A DNA stretch of 64,000 nt, from assembly GCA_964349365.1 (NCBI GenBank), contig CAYGFY010000004.1, positions 24,115-88,114 on the forward strand, read 5' to 3'. Below the pieces are notes generated by a model that was given only the letters and a program-made list of their open reading frames with translations, was not told the DNA's origin and did no database searches. The stretch is from an uncultured Bacteroidales bacterium (GTDB lineage: Bacteria; Bacteroidota; Bacteroidia; Bacteroidales; UBA7960). Made by a program: the position numbers and the translations under genes. Position 1 is the stretch's first letter. Each line of letters begins with the position of its first letter. Of this stretch, positions 35,860 to 44,924 are shown piece by piece.

Positions 35860-38800
35860 ATGAGCCTGTCCTCGATTAGCATAAAGCGCCCCGTTCTTGC
35901 AACGGTTTTCACACTCCTTATTTTGTTGTTTGGTATAATAGGAATGAATTTTTTGGGCGTTAGGGAATACCCAAGTGTTGACCCGCCAATAATATCGGTT
36001 AGCGTTTCATACCCGGGTGCCAACTCCGATGTTATAGAAACCCAAATTACCGAACCGTTAGAGCAAAGCATTAACGGGATTCCGGGAATACGGACGCTTA
36101 CTTCAAGCAGCCGCCAAGGCAACGCCAACATTACAGTTGAGTTTGAGTTGAGCGTGGATATGGAAACCGCTGCCAATGATGTTCGAGACAAGGTATCTCA
36201 AGCGCAACGCATGCTGCCGCAGGGTGTTGACCCACCAGTCGTTTCAAAAGCCGATGCTGATGCAAGCCCAATAGTGTTTGTAACCCTTACCAGCGAAAGC
36301 AGATCGCTACTCGAACTGTCGGAAATTGCAGAACTTACCCTGAAGGAACGCCTTCAGACAATTCCAGGGGTTAGCGGAATACACATTTGGGGTCAGCGAA
36401 GGTATGCCATGCAGCTAATTTTGGATCCAATAAAGCTGGCGGGCTACGGCCTTACGCCTTTGGATGTTAGGAATGCAATCTCGCGCGAAAATGTCGAGTT
36501 ACCATCAGGTCGCATTGAGGGGTCATCAACAGAACTTACAATTAGAACCTTAGGATTGCTTGGCACTCCCGAAGAATTCAACAATCTTATTATTAAAGAA
36601 GATGGTGGTCAAATTGTTAGGTTCAGGGATGTTGGTCGCGCAGAACTCGGGCCTGAAAATTACCGCTCTATTGTACGACGCAACGGAGTTCCGATGACGG
36701 GCAATGCAATAGTTCCGCAACCCGGTTCAAACCACATCGAAATTGCCAACGAGGTTTACAGGCGTATGGAACAAATCAAACTTGACTTGCCTGATGATGT
36801 AAAACTGGGTATTGGTTTCGACAACACGCAGTTTATCCGTTCGTCAATTCGAGAGGTCAGGAATACCATTTTAATTGCCTTCTTGCTGGTTATTGTCATC
36901 ATTTTCCTTTTTCTTCGAGATTGGCGCACCACACTAATTCCTGTTATTGTAATTCCAGTTTCGCTGGTGGGCTCGTTTTTCGTGGTTTACCTGGCAGGGT
37001 TCTCTATCAACGTTTTGACCCTACTTGCAATTGTTCTGGCTATTGGCCTTGTGGTTGACGATGCCATTGTAATGATGGAAAACATTTACGTGAAAATCGA
37101 GCAAGGAATGAAACCCGTCGATGCTGGGTTGGCAGGTGCCAAGGAAATCTTCTTCGCTATTATTTCCACTACAATAACATTGATTGCGGTTTTCTTTCCA
37201 ATAGTTTTCCTTGAGGGTATGACCGGCAGGCTGTTTAGGGAGTTCAGCATTGTAATTGCAGGTGCCGTGGCAATATCGTCGTTCGTGGCCTTAACGTTTA
37301 CCCCAATGCTTTCAACCAAAATATTGAAGCAAAGGACCACTCGTGGCAAGCTCTTCCACGCGACCGAGGGTTTTTTCCAATCTCTAAATAATGTTTACAG
37401 AAATTCGTTGGGCTCCTTTTTGAAAAAACGGTGGCTTGCATGGGTAATTTTGTTGCTTTCTTCAGGGCTTGTTGTGCTGCTTTTTTCGAACATACCATCA
37501 GAAATGGCTCCAATGGAAGACAGGAGTCAGGTTACAATAAATGCCAGGGGGCCAGAAGGAGCTACTTTTGAATTCATGCGCGATTACATTGACGAAATTT
37601 CGGATATGGTTGAACGAACCGTTCCCGAAAGGGAGAGTATGGTTTCGATGGTGTTTGGCGGATGGAACAACGTAAGGGTTGTTTTGGTGCCGCCCTCAGA
37701 AAGGGAAGCCACACAGAACGAAATTGCGTTGCGGCTTACCGATGCCCTCAGGCCCATGACCAAGGCAATGGCCTTCGTGCAACAACAATCTACATTTGGT
37801 GGTCGTCGTGGAGGCCGACCGGTGCAATTTGTTTTGCAGGCCCCTAACATCGACAAACTCAGGGAAGTGCTTCCCGTGTTCATGGAAAAGGTAAACCAAA
37901 GCGCGATTCTCACAATGGCCGATGTTAATCTCAGGTTTACCAAGCCCGAAATTCAGATTCAAATCAACCGAGAAAAGGCAAACTCCTTGGGTGTTTCAGC
38001 ACAAAACGTTGGACAAACCCTGCAACTTGCCCTTAGCGGTCAAAGGTTTGGGTATTTCTTCATGAATGGCAAACAATACCAGATACTTGCCGAGATGGAG
38101 CGCGAAAACCGAAACAAGCCCTTAGACCTTACTTCGCTTTACGTAAGAAATAATTTCGGGCAGATGGTTCAATTGGACAACCTGGTAACCTTGAAAGAAC
38201 AAACCGCGCCCCCCCAGCTTTTCAGGCACAACAGGTTCGTGGCTGCAACGGTTTCGTCGGGGCTTGCTCCTGGCAAGACAATCAGCGAAGGGCTGGCCGA
38301 AATGTATCGAATTGCCGACGAGGTGCTCGACGAGTCATTTAGAACCGCCCTGGCCGGCGATTCAAAGGATTATCAAGAAAGTTCCTCGAGCTTGGTGTTC
38401 GCTTTCTTGTTGGCGCTAATTCTTATTTTTCTTGTTTTGTCAGCTCAGTTCGAAAGCTTCAAAGACCCTTTTATTGTAATGATGACTGTTCCATTGGCAA
38501 TGACAGGGGCACTGTTCTTTTTGTGGTATTTTAACATTACCATGAACATTTTCAGCCAAATAGGCATAATAATGCTTATTGGTTTGGTTTCGAAAAACGG
38601 AATCTTGATGGTTGAATTTGCCAACCAACGGAAGCAAGCAGGAATGATGAAACTCGAAGCCATTAAATATGCCGCCGCCGCAAGGTTTAGGCCTATCTTA
38701 ATGACCAGCCTCTCCACAATTTTGGGGGTACTGCCACTTACAATGGGTTTTGGCGAAGGGGCACAAAGCAGAATTGCCATGGGTACGGCAGTTGTTGGCG

Positions 38801-38901
38801 GACTAATTATTTCAACGGTATTAACATTATACGTGATACCTGCAATATATTCCTACGTTTCTACAGAAACAAAAACGGACAGGAAAGGGCAAACATGTTG
38901 A
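35860..38901 (+). CDS. Efflux RND transporter permease (AcrB/HAE1-like)
   Basis: A 1013 aa protein with the canonical N-terminus SISIKRPVLATVFTLLILLFGIIGMNFLGVREYPSVDPP and 12 TM segments, including VVDDAIVMMENI. Confidence 0.95.
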   Translation: MSLSSISIKRPVLATVFTLLILLFGIIGMNFLGVREYPSVDPPIISVSVSYPGANSDVIETQITEPLEQSINGIPGIRTLTSSSRQGNANITVEFELSVDMETAANDVRDKVSQAQRMLPQGVDPPVVSKADADASPIVFVTLTSESRSLLELSEIAELTLKERLQTIPGVSGIHIWGQRRYAMQLILDPIKLAGYGLTPLDVRNAISRENVELPSGRIEGSSTELTIRTLGLLGTPEEFNNLIIKEDGGQIVRFRDVGRAELGPENYRSIVRRNGVPMTGNAIVPQPGSNHIEIANEVYRRMEQIKLDLPDDVKLGIGFDNTQFIRSSIREVRNTILIAFLLVIVIIFLFLRDWRTTLIPVIVIPVSLVGSFFVVYLAGFSINVLTLLAIVLAIGLVVDDAIVMMENIYVKIEQGMKPVDAGLAGAKEIFFAIISTTITLIAVFFPIVFLEGMTGRLFREFSIVIAGAVAISSFVALTFTPMLSTKILKQRTTRGKLFHATEGFFQSLNNVYRNSLGSFLKKRWLAWVILLLSSGLVVLLFSNIPSEMAPMEDRSQVTINARGPEGATFEFMRDYIDEISDMVERTVPERESMVSMVFGGWNNVRVVLVPPSEREATQNEIALRLTDALRPMTKAMAFVQQQSTFGGRRGGRPVQFVLQAPNIDKLREVLPVFMEKVNQSAILTMADVNLRFTKPEIQIQINREKANSLGVSAQNVGQTLQLALSGQRFGYFFMNGKQYQILAEMERENRNKPLDLTSLYVRNNFGQMVQLDNLVTLKEQTAPPQLFRHNRFVAATVSSGLAPGKTISEGLAEMYRIADEVLDESFRTALAGDSKDYQESSSSLVFAFLLALILIFLVLSAQFESFKDPFIVMMTVPLAMTGALFFLWYFNITMNIFSQIGIIMLIGLVSKNGILMVEFANQRKQAGMMKLEAIKYAAAARFRPILMTSLSTILGVLPLTMGFGEGAQSRIAMGTAVVGGLIISTVLTLYVIPAIYSYVSTETKTDRKGQTC

Positions 38902-39140
38902 ATAAGCTTAAGAGGTTATTGGAGTAAGGATAAATGGTGAATTGGTCAGAAGATTTAGTGTTGGTGCGTAAGGCTTATGGCAACCATTGATGCCGAAGGA
39001 TTGCTGCATTGGGCTAAGCAACGATAAAGGAGGGCTTAAGCAGGAATACTTGTCGGCGCAGTCGGTGCGGGTTTTACGCGTAATCTCAAACCCGTTGCCG
39101 CATGTGTCAATTTTATTTGATTGTGTTTGTTATAAAGTAA

Positions 39141-40514
39141 ATGATCAAAAGTTTTTTCATGAATTTCAAAATGTTTATCACAAAACCTCTTTGCAAATGG
39201 GTTCGTGTATCGGCCTTATTTGCTTTTGTCATTCCAAGCTCCGGTTTGGTCACCGCACAGGTTGAATTAAGCCTCAAGGAGTGCATCGCAATCGGGCTTG
39301 AAAACAATTATTCGGTGTTGATTTCGCGAAATAACCAAATGATTTTTTCTAACAACATTACTTTGGGGAACGCCGGTTATTTGCCTAAAATTACCCTCAC
39401 CGGCCAGCACTCGGGTGTAATAAACAACACCAGGCAAAACCTTTTTGATGGCACCACCAACTCGAGCAGCGGCATACACAACGTTTTCAACAATGCAAGC
39501 GTAAGCATGAACCAAACCATTTTCGATGGTTTTAGGGTACAAAACACTTACAAAAAATTAAAGGAATATGGCAAGGTTGGCGAATTGCAATCCAGGCTGT
39601 CAATTGAAAATACTGTATCGAGAATTGTTTCGGAGTATTACTTCTTAATTTGGCAAGAGCGCCTACTCGAGAATATGAAGTACGCAGTGGAACTATCAAA
39701 AGAAAGAACCAGGATTGACGAGGAAAGATACTTGATAGGGGCCGGGTCAAAATTGCAACTGCTTCAATCCCAGGCTTATCTTAATGCCGACAGCTCGAGA
39801 CTTGGAAGGCAATACGAAGTGGTTAGGGCATCAAGAATCAAACTCGGCACCCTTTTGGCACTTGAAGAATCAGATGGTCTTGTTCACACTACCGTTACCC
39901 TTATTGATATTAATCAAAATTTAGTTTACAACCAACTATTAAACAGTACACTAAGTCAAAATACTGCGTTGCTAATTTCTGCCCGAAACAGAAATATTTC
40001 CGAGATAGATAGCAAGATTGTTGCTTCGAGGGCATATCCGTATCTAAATTTTTCTGCAGGTTATGGATTTAGTTACAACACCTATGAAAGCGCAACGGTA
40101 GCAAACCAAAGAAACCTTTCGCCAAGTTATGGGCTAACCCTTGGGTTTACCATTTTTGACGGCAACAATAGAAGGCGAGAAATGAGAAACGCTCAAATAG
40201 AGATAGAAAACCGTAAATTGATGCAGCAACAACTGAACTTGGAAATTAGGGCTGATTTGCTAACCATTTTTAGTGGTTACGCCAATAACCTAAGGCTTCT
40301 TGAATTAGAGACCCAAAACCTCCAAGTGGCCAGAGAAAACCTGGAAATAGCATTGGAGCGCTACAAACTTGGAGCCTTGTCCGGAATTGAGTTTCGCGAG
40401 GTTCAAAAAACTTTCTTCGACGCAGAAGAGAGGCTACTCTCAATTAGGTTCCAGGCCAAGCTTGCCGAAATATCGCTCTTGCAAATATCGGGCAACATTA
40501 TGGATTACTTGTAA
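39141..40514 (+). CDS. TolC-family outer membrane efflux protein
   Basis: A signal-like N-terminus is followed by LSLKECIAIGLENNYSV and two OEP repeats. The gene is downstream of the MFP-RND pair. The exact start codon is uncertain; alternatives lie at 39159-39171. Confidence 0.87.
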   Translation: MIKSFFMNFKMFITKPLCKWVRVSALFAFVIPSSGLVTAQVELSLKECIAIGLENNYSVLISRNNQMIFSNNITLGNAGYLPKITLTGQHSGVINNTRQNLFDGTTNSSSGIHNVFNNASVSMNQTIFDGFRVQNTYKKLKEYGKVGELQSRLSIENTVSRIVSEYYFLIWQERLLENMKYAVELSKERTRIDEERYLIGAGSKLQLLQSQAYLNADSSRLGRQYEVVRASRIKLGTLLALEESDGLVHTTVTLIDINQNLVYNQLLNSTLSQNTALLISARNRNISEIDSKIVASRAYPYLNFSAGYGFSYNTYESATVANQRNLSPSYGLTLGFTIFDGNNRRREMRNAQIEIENRKLMQQQLNLEIRADLLTIFSGYANNLRLLELETQNLQVARENLEIALERYKLGALSGIEFREVQKTFFDAEERLLSIRFQAKLAEISLLQISGNIMDYL

Positions 40515-40520
40515 GCCTCT

Positions 40521-42002
40521 TTAGTTTATGGTCCAGGTAGCATCATCCCTCCCGTCTTTAACCACTATATTCAGCTTTGAAAGATTGTCTCGGATAAGGT
40601 CTGAGGTAGTCCAGTCTTTGTTTTGACGTGCCGTTTGTCGGATCTCTAAAATCATTTGCATCAAACCACAAATGACTTCCTTCTCTTTTTGGCCTTCGTT
40701 GCTGTTTTCGGGTTTCAATCCCAATATTTCCCCGAAGAAAACAGCAAATATTTCCTTGAGCTCGTCAAGTTGAAGTTGTGTCATGAAGTCTCTTTTATCC
40801 AATGTCGAATTAATGATTTTTGATGCATCGAAAAGGGCGGCAAGAACCAACGGGGTGTTGAAATCGTCGTTCATTGCCTGGTAGCATTGATGCTTAATGT
40901 TAGATACATCTACCGTGGTTGATTCCGTGGGGGCAATTTTTTCGAGGTTTTCGCAAGATTGAATAAGTCTTTTCAAGCCTTTCTCGGCAGCTTTCAAGGC
41001 CTCGTTGCCAAAATCGAGTGTGCTTCGGTACTGCGCTTGCAGGATAAAGAACCTGATTGTCATTGGCGAATAGGCCGAGTCAAGTGATTGGTGGGTGCCA
41101 GTAAAAAACTCATTGAGCGTTATGAAATTTCCCAACGACTTGCCCATTTTTTGCCCGTTAATGGTTATCATGTTGTTGTGAAGCCAGTAACGCGCAGAAT
41201 CGGTGCCGTAGGCTGCATTGCATTGTGCAATCTCGCATTCGTGATGAGGAAAGAGCAAGTCCATGCCTCCGCCGTGAATGTCAAATTCCTCTCCGAGGTA
41301 CTTTGTGCCCATTGCCGAACATTCGAGGTGCCACCCCGGAAAACCCTCGCCCCAAGGTGAAGTCCAGCGCATTATGTGGATGGGCCCTGCTTTTTTCCAT
41401 AAAGCAAAGTCAACGGGGTTGCGCTTTTCCTCTTGGCCCTCGAGCTCCCTGCAGCCGGCCATCATATCTTCCAAAACCCTGCCGCTAAGTTTACCGTAGT
41501 TGTACCTGGCATGGTACTTCTCTACGTCGAAGTAAACCGAACCGTTTACCTCATAAGCAAACCCAGACTCAAGGATGGCCTTAACAAGCTCAATTTGTTC
41601 AATAATGTGCCCCGAGGCCCTCGGCTCGATTGATGGCTTTTTCACGTTGAGCTTTTCCATATCGGCATGGTAAAGGTCGGTATAATATTGAACCACCTCC
41701 ATTGGCTCAAGCTTCTCCAATCGTGCCTTCTTGACAATTTTATCTTCGCCTTGGTCGGTATCGTTTTCGAGGTGCCCAACATCGGTGATGTTACGAACGT
41801 ACCTAACCTTGTAACCCAAGTGCTTGAGATACCTGAAAACAACATCGAATGTAATAGCCGGACGGGCATGGCCGAGGTGGGCTTCGCCATAAACGGTTGG
41901 GCCACAAACATACATACCCACAAAAGGAGAATTGATGGGCACGAAAACCTCCTTCTTGCGCGAAAGCGAATTAAACACCACGAGTTCTTGTTGCATCGCC
42001 AA
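40521..42002 (-). CDS. cysS: Cysteine--tRNA ligase
   Basis: It carries the HIGH motif ([10 protein letters not shown]), the KMSKS motif (KMGKSLGN) and the CysRS zinc-site context MYVCGPTVY. Confidence 0.96.
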   Translation of the reverse strand: MAMQQELVVFNSLSRKKEVFVPINSPFVGMYVCGPTVYGEAHLGHARPAITFDVVFRYLKHLGYKVRYVRNITDVGHLENDTDQGEDKIVKKARLEKLEPMEVVQYYTDLYHADMEKLNVKKPSIEPRASGHIIEQIELVKAILESGFAYEVNGSVYFDVEKYHARYNYGKLSGRVLEDMMAGCRELEGQEEKRNPVDFALWKKAGPIHIMRWTSPWGEGFPGWHLECSAMGTKYLGEEFDIHGGGMDLLFPHHECEIAQCNAAYGTDSARYWLHNNMITINGQKMGKSLGNFITLNEFFTGTHQSLDSAYSPMTIRFFILQAQYRSTLDFGNEALKAAEKGLKRLIQSCENLEKIAPTESTTVDVSNIKHQCYQAMNDDFNTPLVLAALFDASKIINSTLDKRDFMTQLQLDELKEIFAVFFGEILGLKPENSNEGQKEKEVICGLMQMILEIRQTARQNKDWTTSDLIRDNLSKLNIVVKDGRDDATWTIN

Positions 42003-42155
42003 TTTTATTTTGAAGGCAAAGTTAACTATTATCGACGAAAAAGAATTGGTTGAAAAAGTTTAAAAAAGTTTATTGGGTTTGTGAAATTGATGGGTTATTG
42101 GTTGATTTTTCTTAAAGCAGATTAAGAGGGTTTTATCGCTCCTGGCCTTACAATT

Positions 42156-42935
42156 TTAATCTTTTCCTTTTACTTTCGACTTATTGTTTACTTTCAAAAC
42201 TTTCAATGCCTCCTTGTAACCGTAATCGAATATCTCTTTGGCTTGCGATGAATTGAGAATGCTTACTTTATCAAGCTCTTGGGGCTCAATGTAATAATCG
42301 CAAATATCCATTTTATTTGCTGCATTATTGCGCATTAAAATATGGAAGCAACGTTCGGCAATAGACTTTAAGTTGGTAAAATTAACCTCGAATGTCAAAG
42401 GGTGTAAATTAACTCCAATTAAAGTCCGGCAATGGCTCCTGATGATTTCGGCCGGGAAGGTATTTACCAGACCCCCGTCAAGATACATTTGGCCTTTTAT
42501 CTTTCGAGGTTCAAAAAGCACGGGAATTGAAGAGGAGGCAATTATGGCATCAACCAAATCACCTGTTTCAAAGAGATCGAGTTCGGCCTTGTTCAAATTA
42601 GTTGCAAAAATCATTAACGGTAACGAAAGGTCCTCGATGTTCTTGGCCTGAAGTTCCCTCCTAAGCATATTTTCAAAGACCTCCATCCTGGCAAACCCCC
42701 TGCGGGGAAAGCCCATCTTGACAAAATCGAACAACGACTTGCTGGTCAGCAACTTGAAGGCCTGAGTCGGAGTCTTGCCATCGGCAATGAAAGCACCTAC
42801 AATGCTTCCCGCGCTAACTCCGGCAATCAAGTCGGGCTTAATACCTATTTCCGACAATGCCTCACAAACCCCCAGGTGGGCAAAACCACGCGTTCCTCCG
42901 CCACTCATCAAAAGGCCAACATTGTACTCTTTCAT
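42156..42935 (-). CDS. Patatin-like phospholipase family protein
   Basis: Oxyanion motif SGGGTRGFAHLGV, nucleophile elbow GVSAGS, and a DGG Asp motif (YLDGGLVN). Confidence 0.88.
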   Translation of the reverse strand: MKEYNVGLLMSGGGTRGFAHLGVCEALSEIGIKPDLIAGVSAGSIVGAFIADGKTPTQAFKLLTSKSLFDFVKMGFPRRGFARMEVFENMLRRELQAKNIEDLSLPLMIFATNLNKAELDLFETGDLVDAIIASSSIPVLFEPRKIKGQMYLDGGLVNTFPAEIIRSHCRTLIGVNLHPLTFEVNFTNLKSIAERCFHILMRNNAANKMDICDYYIEPQELDKVSILNSSQAKEIFDYGYKEALKVLKVNNKSKVKGKD

Positions 42936-43071
42936 CGCCAGTCATTATTTTTGTTGGGAAAAATGCCATGCAATTTAGGCATTTTTTGAGTCAAAATGTT
43001 AAATCCTGCAACATATTTGCAAAAAAAATGTTTAAATAGTATATTTGCCGCATAATTTTAAATGTATTGTT

Positions 43072-43707
43072 ATGAAACCGTCAAGTTACAAGTTTCTTCT
43101 TTCGGGGGCTTTCTTGCTAGCAGTAACAATCCTTTTGGGGCAAAGCCCCACATCGGCAGAATTGACAGAGGGTAACGAAAAGCAATCCTCAATGACAACC
43201 ACGGGCATCAATTTTGGTGCATCTTACCACACCGGTTTCGGCGGAGGCTCCTTCATATCGCAATCGGCAAGTCCATTTATAAGGCATAGAATTTCGAACC
43301 GTTTTTCTATTTTCGCAGGGGCTGAGCTTTCCTTGTTTCAATTCTCCGGACGCACATTGTCTCTTTTTCCAATCATTGGCACCGATCTGGGCAGTAGCCA
43401 AATTTCGTCGAATAATTTCTGGGGGATTAGCGCATTTGTTGGGGGTGAGTATAAAATAAACAACAAGTTATCATTATTTGGAAACACTTGGATTGCTCGC
43501 AACACCATTGCGAATGTTTTTCATGCAAGTAGCCTTGAAGCTGTAAACAATATCTCGAGGGGCATTTCGATGAACCTGGAATATAGGGTTTCCAGTAATT
43601 TAAGCATAGGGGCGGGTTTTTCGGTCTCAGATCGAAGGAACCCTATTATGTTGCATGATGGTTTTGGCAATTCCCGCAGCCCATTCATGTTTGGACCAAT
43701 TTGGTAA
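43072..43707 (+). CDS. Hypothetical secreted protein, possibly a small outer-membrane beta-barrel
   Basis: Signal peptide MKPSSYKFLLSGAFLLAVTILLGQ. The sequence shows alternating hydrophobic patterns and ends in an aromatic residue (..FGPIW). I did not recognise a family. Confidence 0.5.
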   Translation: MKPSSYKFLLSGAFLLAVTILLGQSPTSAELTEGNEKQSSMTTTGINFGASYHTGFGGGSFISQSASPFIRHRISNRFSIFAGAELSLFQFSGRTLSLFPIIGTDLGSSQISSNNFWGISAFVGGEYKINNKLSLFGNTWIARNTIANVFHASSLEAVNNISRGISMNLEYRVSSNLSIGAGFSVSDRRNPIMLHDGFGNSRSPFMFGPIW

Positions 43708-43847
43708 TTGTCAATATATTAAAAATCAAAAACAGTAGAATGGAAGGAGTTAACTTCTCAATTTAAAAACTTTGCCTTTCAACATTTACAAGTTTTTTTA
43801 GCTTTCCTTTTTTCTTTTTCATTTATGCTGCTCCCTGCTTTTCTTCT

Positions 43848-44825
43848 TTACTTGGAAAGCAATTGTGTCGAATATTCAAAATTGGCTGGTAGCCCTCCGG
43901 TGTGCCAAAAAAGAATGGTTGAACTTTCATTCAGGCCACCTTCTTTCATTAGGTTGGTCATGGCATAAAACGCCCGAGCTGTATAAACTGGATCTAAAAT
44001 AATACCCTCTGTGGTAGCCAGTTCATAAATCGCAGACCGTTCGTTATCTGTTAGAACTCCATATCCGGCTTCATCGTAACCCTTTACGGATTCAACGTCT
44101 TTTGGCGAAAAAGTAAGATTTTCATTTAGCACCTTGCTGCCTTCATTGCATAAATCAATTACTACTGTTTCCAAATCTTGAGAATTTCCCTCAGGTTTCT
44201 GAATACTCACCGGCATTAATTTTGCCGAAAGGCCATGAAGCTTCTTGCCCAATGTAATCCCGGCTTGAGTGCCTCCCGAACAACTTGCAAAGAAAATATA
44301 ATCGAACTCTATTCCGGTTTCGGTTATTTGTTGCTTCAACTCCTTTATTGCATCCACAAAACCAAGAATGCCTATGGCGTTTGAGCCGCCGTATGGAATT
44401 AAATAGGGCTTTTTGTTTTGGTTTCTTAGGTTAGATAATACATCCGAAACGAAACCCTGGGAAATTTCGTCGCCGGCGTAGTGTATTTTTGCGCCAAGCA
44501 AGTACGACAACAGGAGGTTTCCCTGCTTTATGGCCGGCTCTTCTCCCCTAACCACAAGGTGGCTTTCAAAACCTGCTATTGAGCAGGCTGCGGCGGTTTG
44601 GCGACAATGGTTTGATTGCTGGGCACCCAAAGTAATTATCGTGTCGCATCCTTGTTTCAAGGCATCGGCCACCAAATATTCAAGCTTACGAGTTTTATTT
44701 CCTCCCGAGGCCAGGCCAGTTTGGTCGTCGCGCTTTATAAAAAGTCGTTGACCTTCATATTTTCGAGAGAGGTTTTTCAAGTATTGAACAGGGGTAGGGA
44801 AAAAACCAAGTGGAAATCGTTGCAT
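43848..44825 (-). CDS. PLP-dependent D-cysteine desulfhydrase / ACC deaminase family protein
   Basis: KRDDQTGLASGGNKTRKLEYLVADALKQGCDTIITLGAQQSNHCRQTAAA is the diagnostic DcyD/ACCD N-terminal region, including the PLP lysine. Confidence 0.85.
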   Translation of the reverse strand: MQRFPLGFFPTPVQYLKNLSRKYEGQRLFIKRDDQTGLASGGNKTRKLEYLVADALKQGCDTIITLGAQQSNHCRQTAAACSIAGFESHLVVRGEEPAIKQGNLLLSYLLGAKIHYAGDEISQGFVSDVLSNLRNQNKKPYLIPYGGSNAIGILGFVDAIKELKQQITETGIEFDYIFFASCSGGTQAGITLGKKLHGLSAKLMPVSIQKPEGNSQDLETVVIDLCNEGSKVLNENLTFSPKDVESVKGYDEAGYGVLTDNERSAIYELATTEGIILDPVYTARAFYAMTNLMKEGGLNESSTILFWHTGGLPANFEYSTQLLSK

Positions 44826-44860
44826 TTTGATGGAAATTTTGCTGCAAAATTATGAATAAT

Positions 44861-44904
44861 GGCAAAATAAAAGCCGTCAAGGAATTAGATTCCTCGACGG
44901 CTTT
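44861..44904 (-). terminator. Rho-independent terminator ending the roughly 17 kb PUL operon
   Basis: On the minus strand: AAAGCCGTCGAGGAAT-cta-ATTCCTTGACGGCTTT, a 16-bp stem with one G:U pair, followed by TATTTTG. It begins about 20 nt after the stop at 44925. Confidence 0.7.
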
Positions 44905-44924
44905 GCCGAATTTTGAAGAAAGAG

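Noticed and set aside
38902-39140. 240 bp gap between the RND pump and tolC, including a CGGGTTT-N13-AAACCCG hairpin (about 39078-39104) and a 92 aa ORF (38987..39265)
   Set aside because: The hairpin is short and lacks a following T-tract, and the ORF overlaps the tolC start and has no motif. This is probably just an intra-operon spacer.
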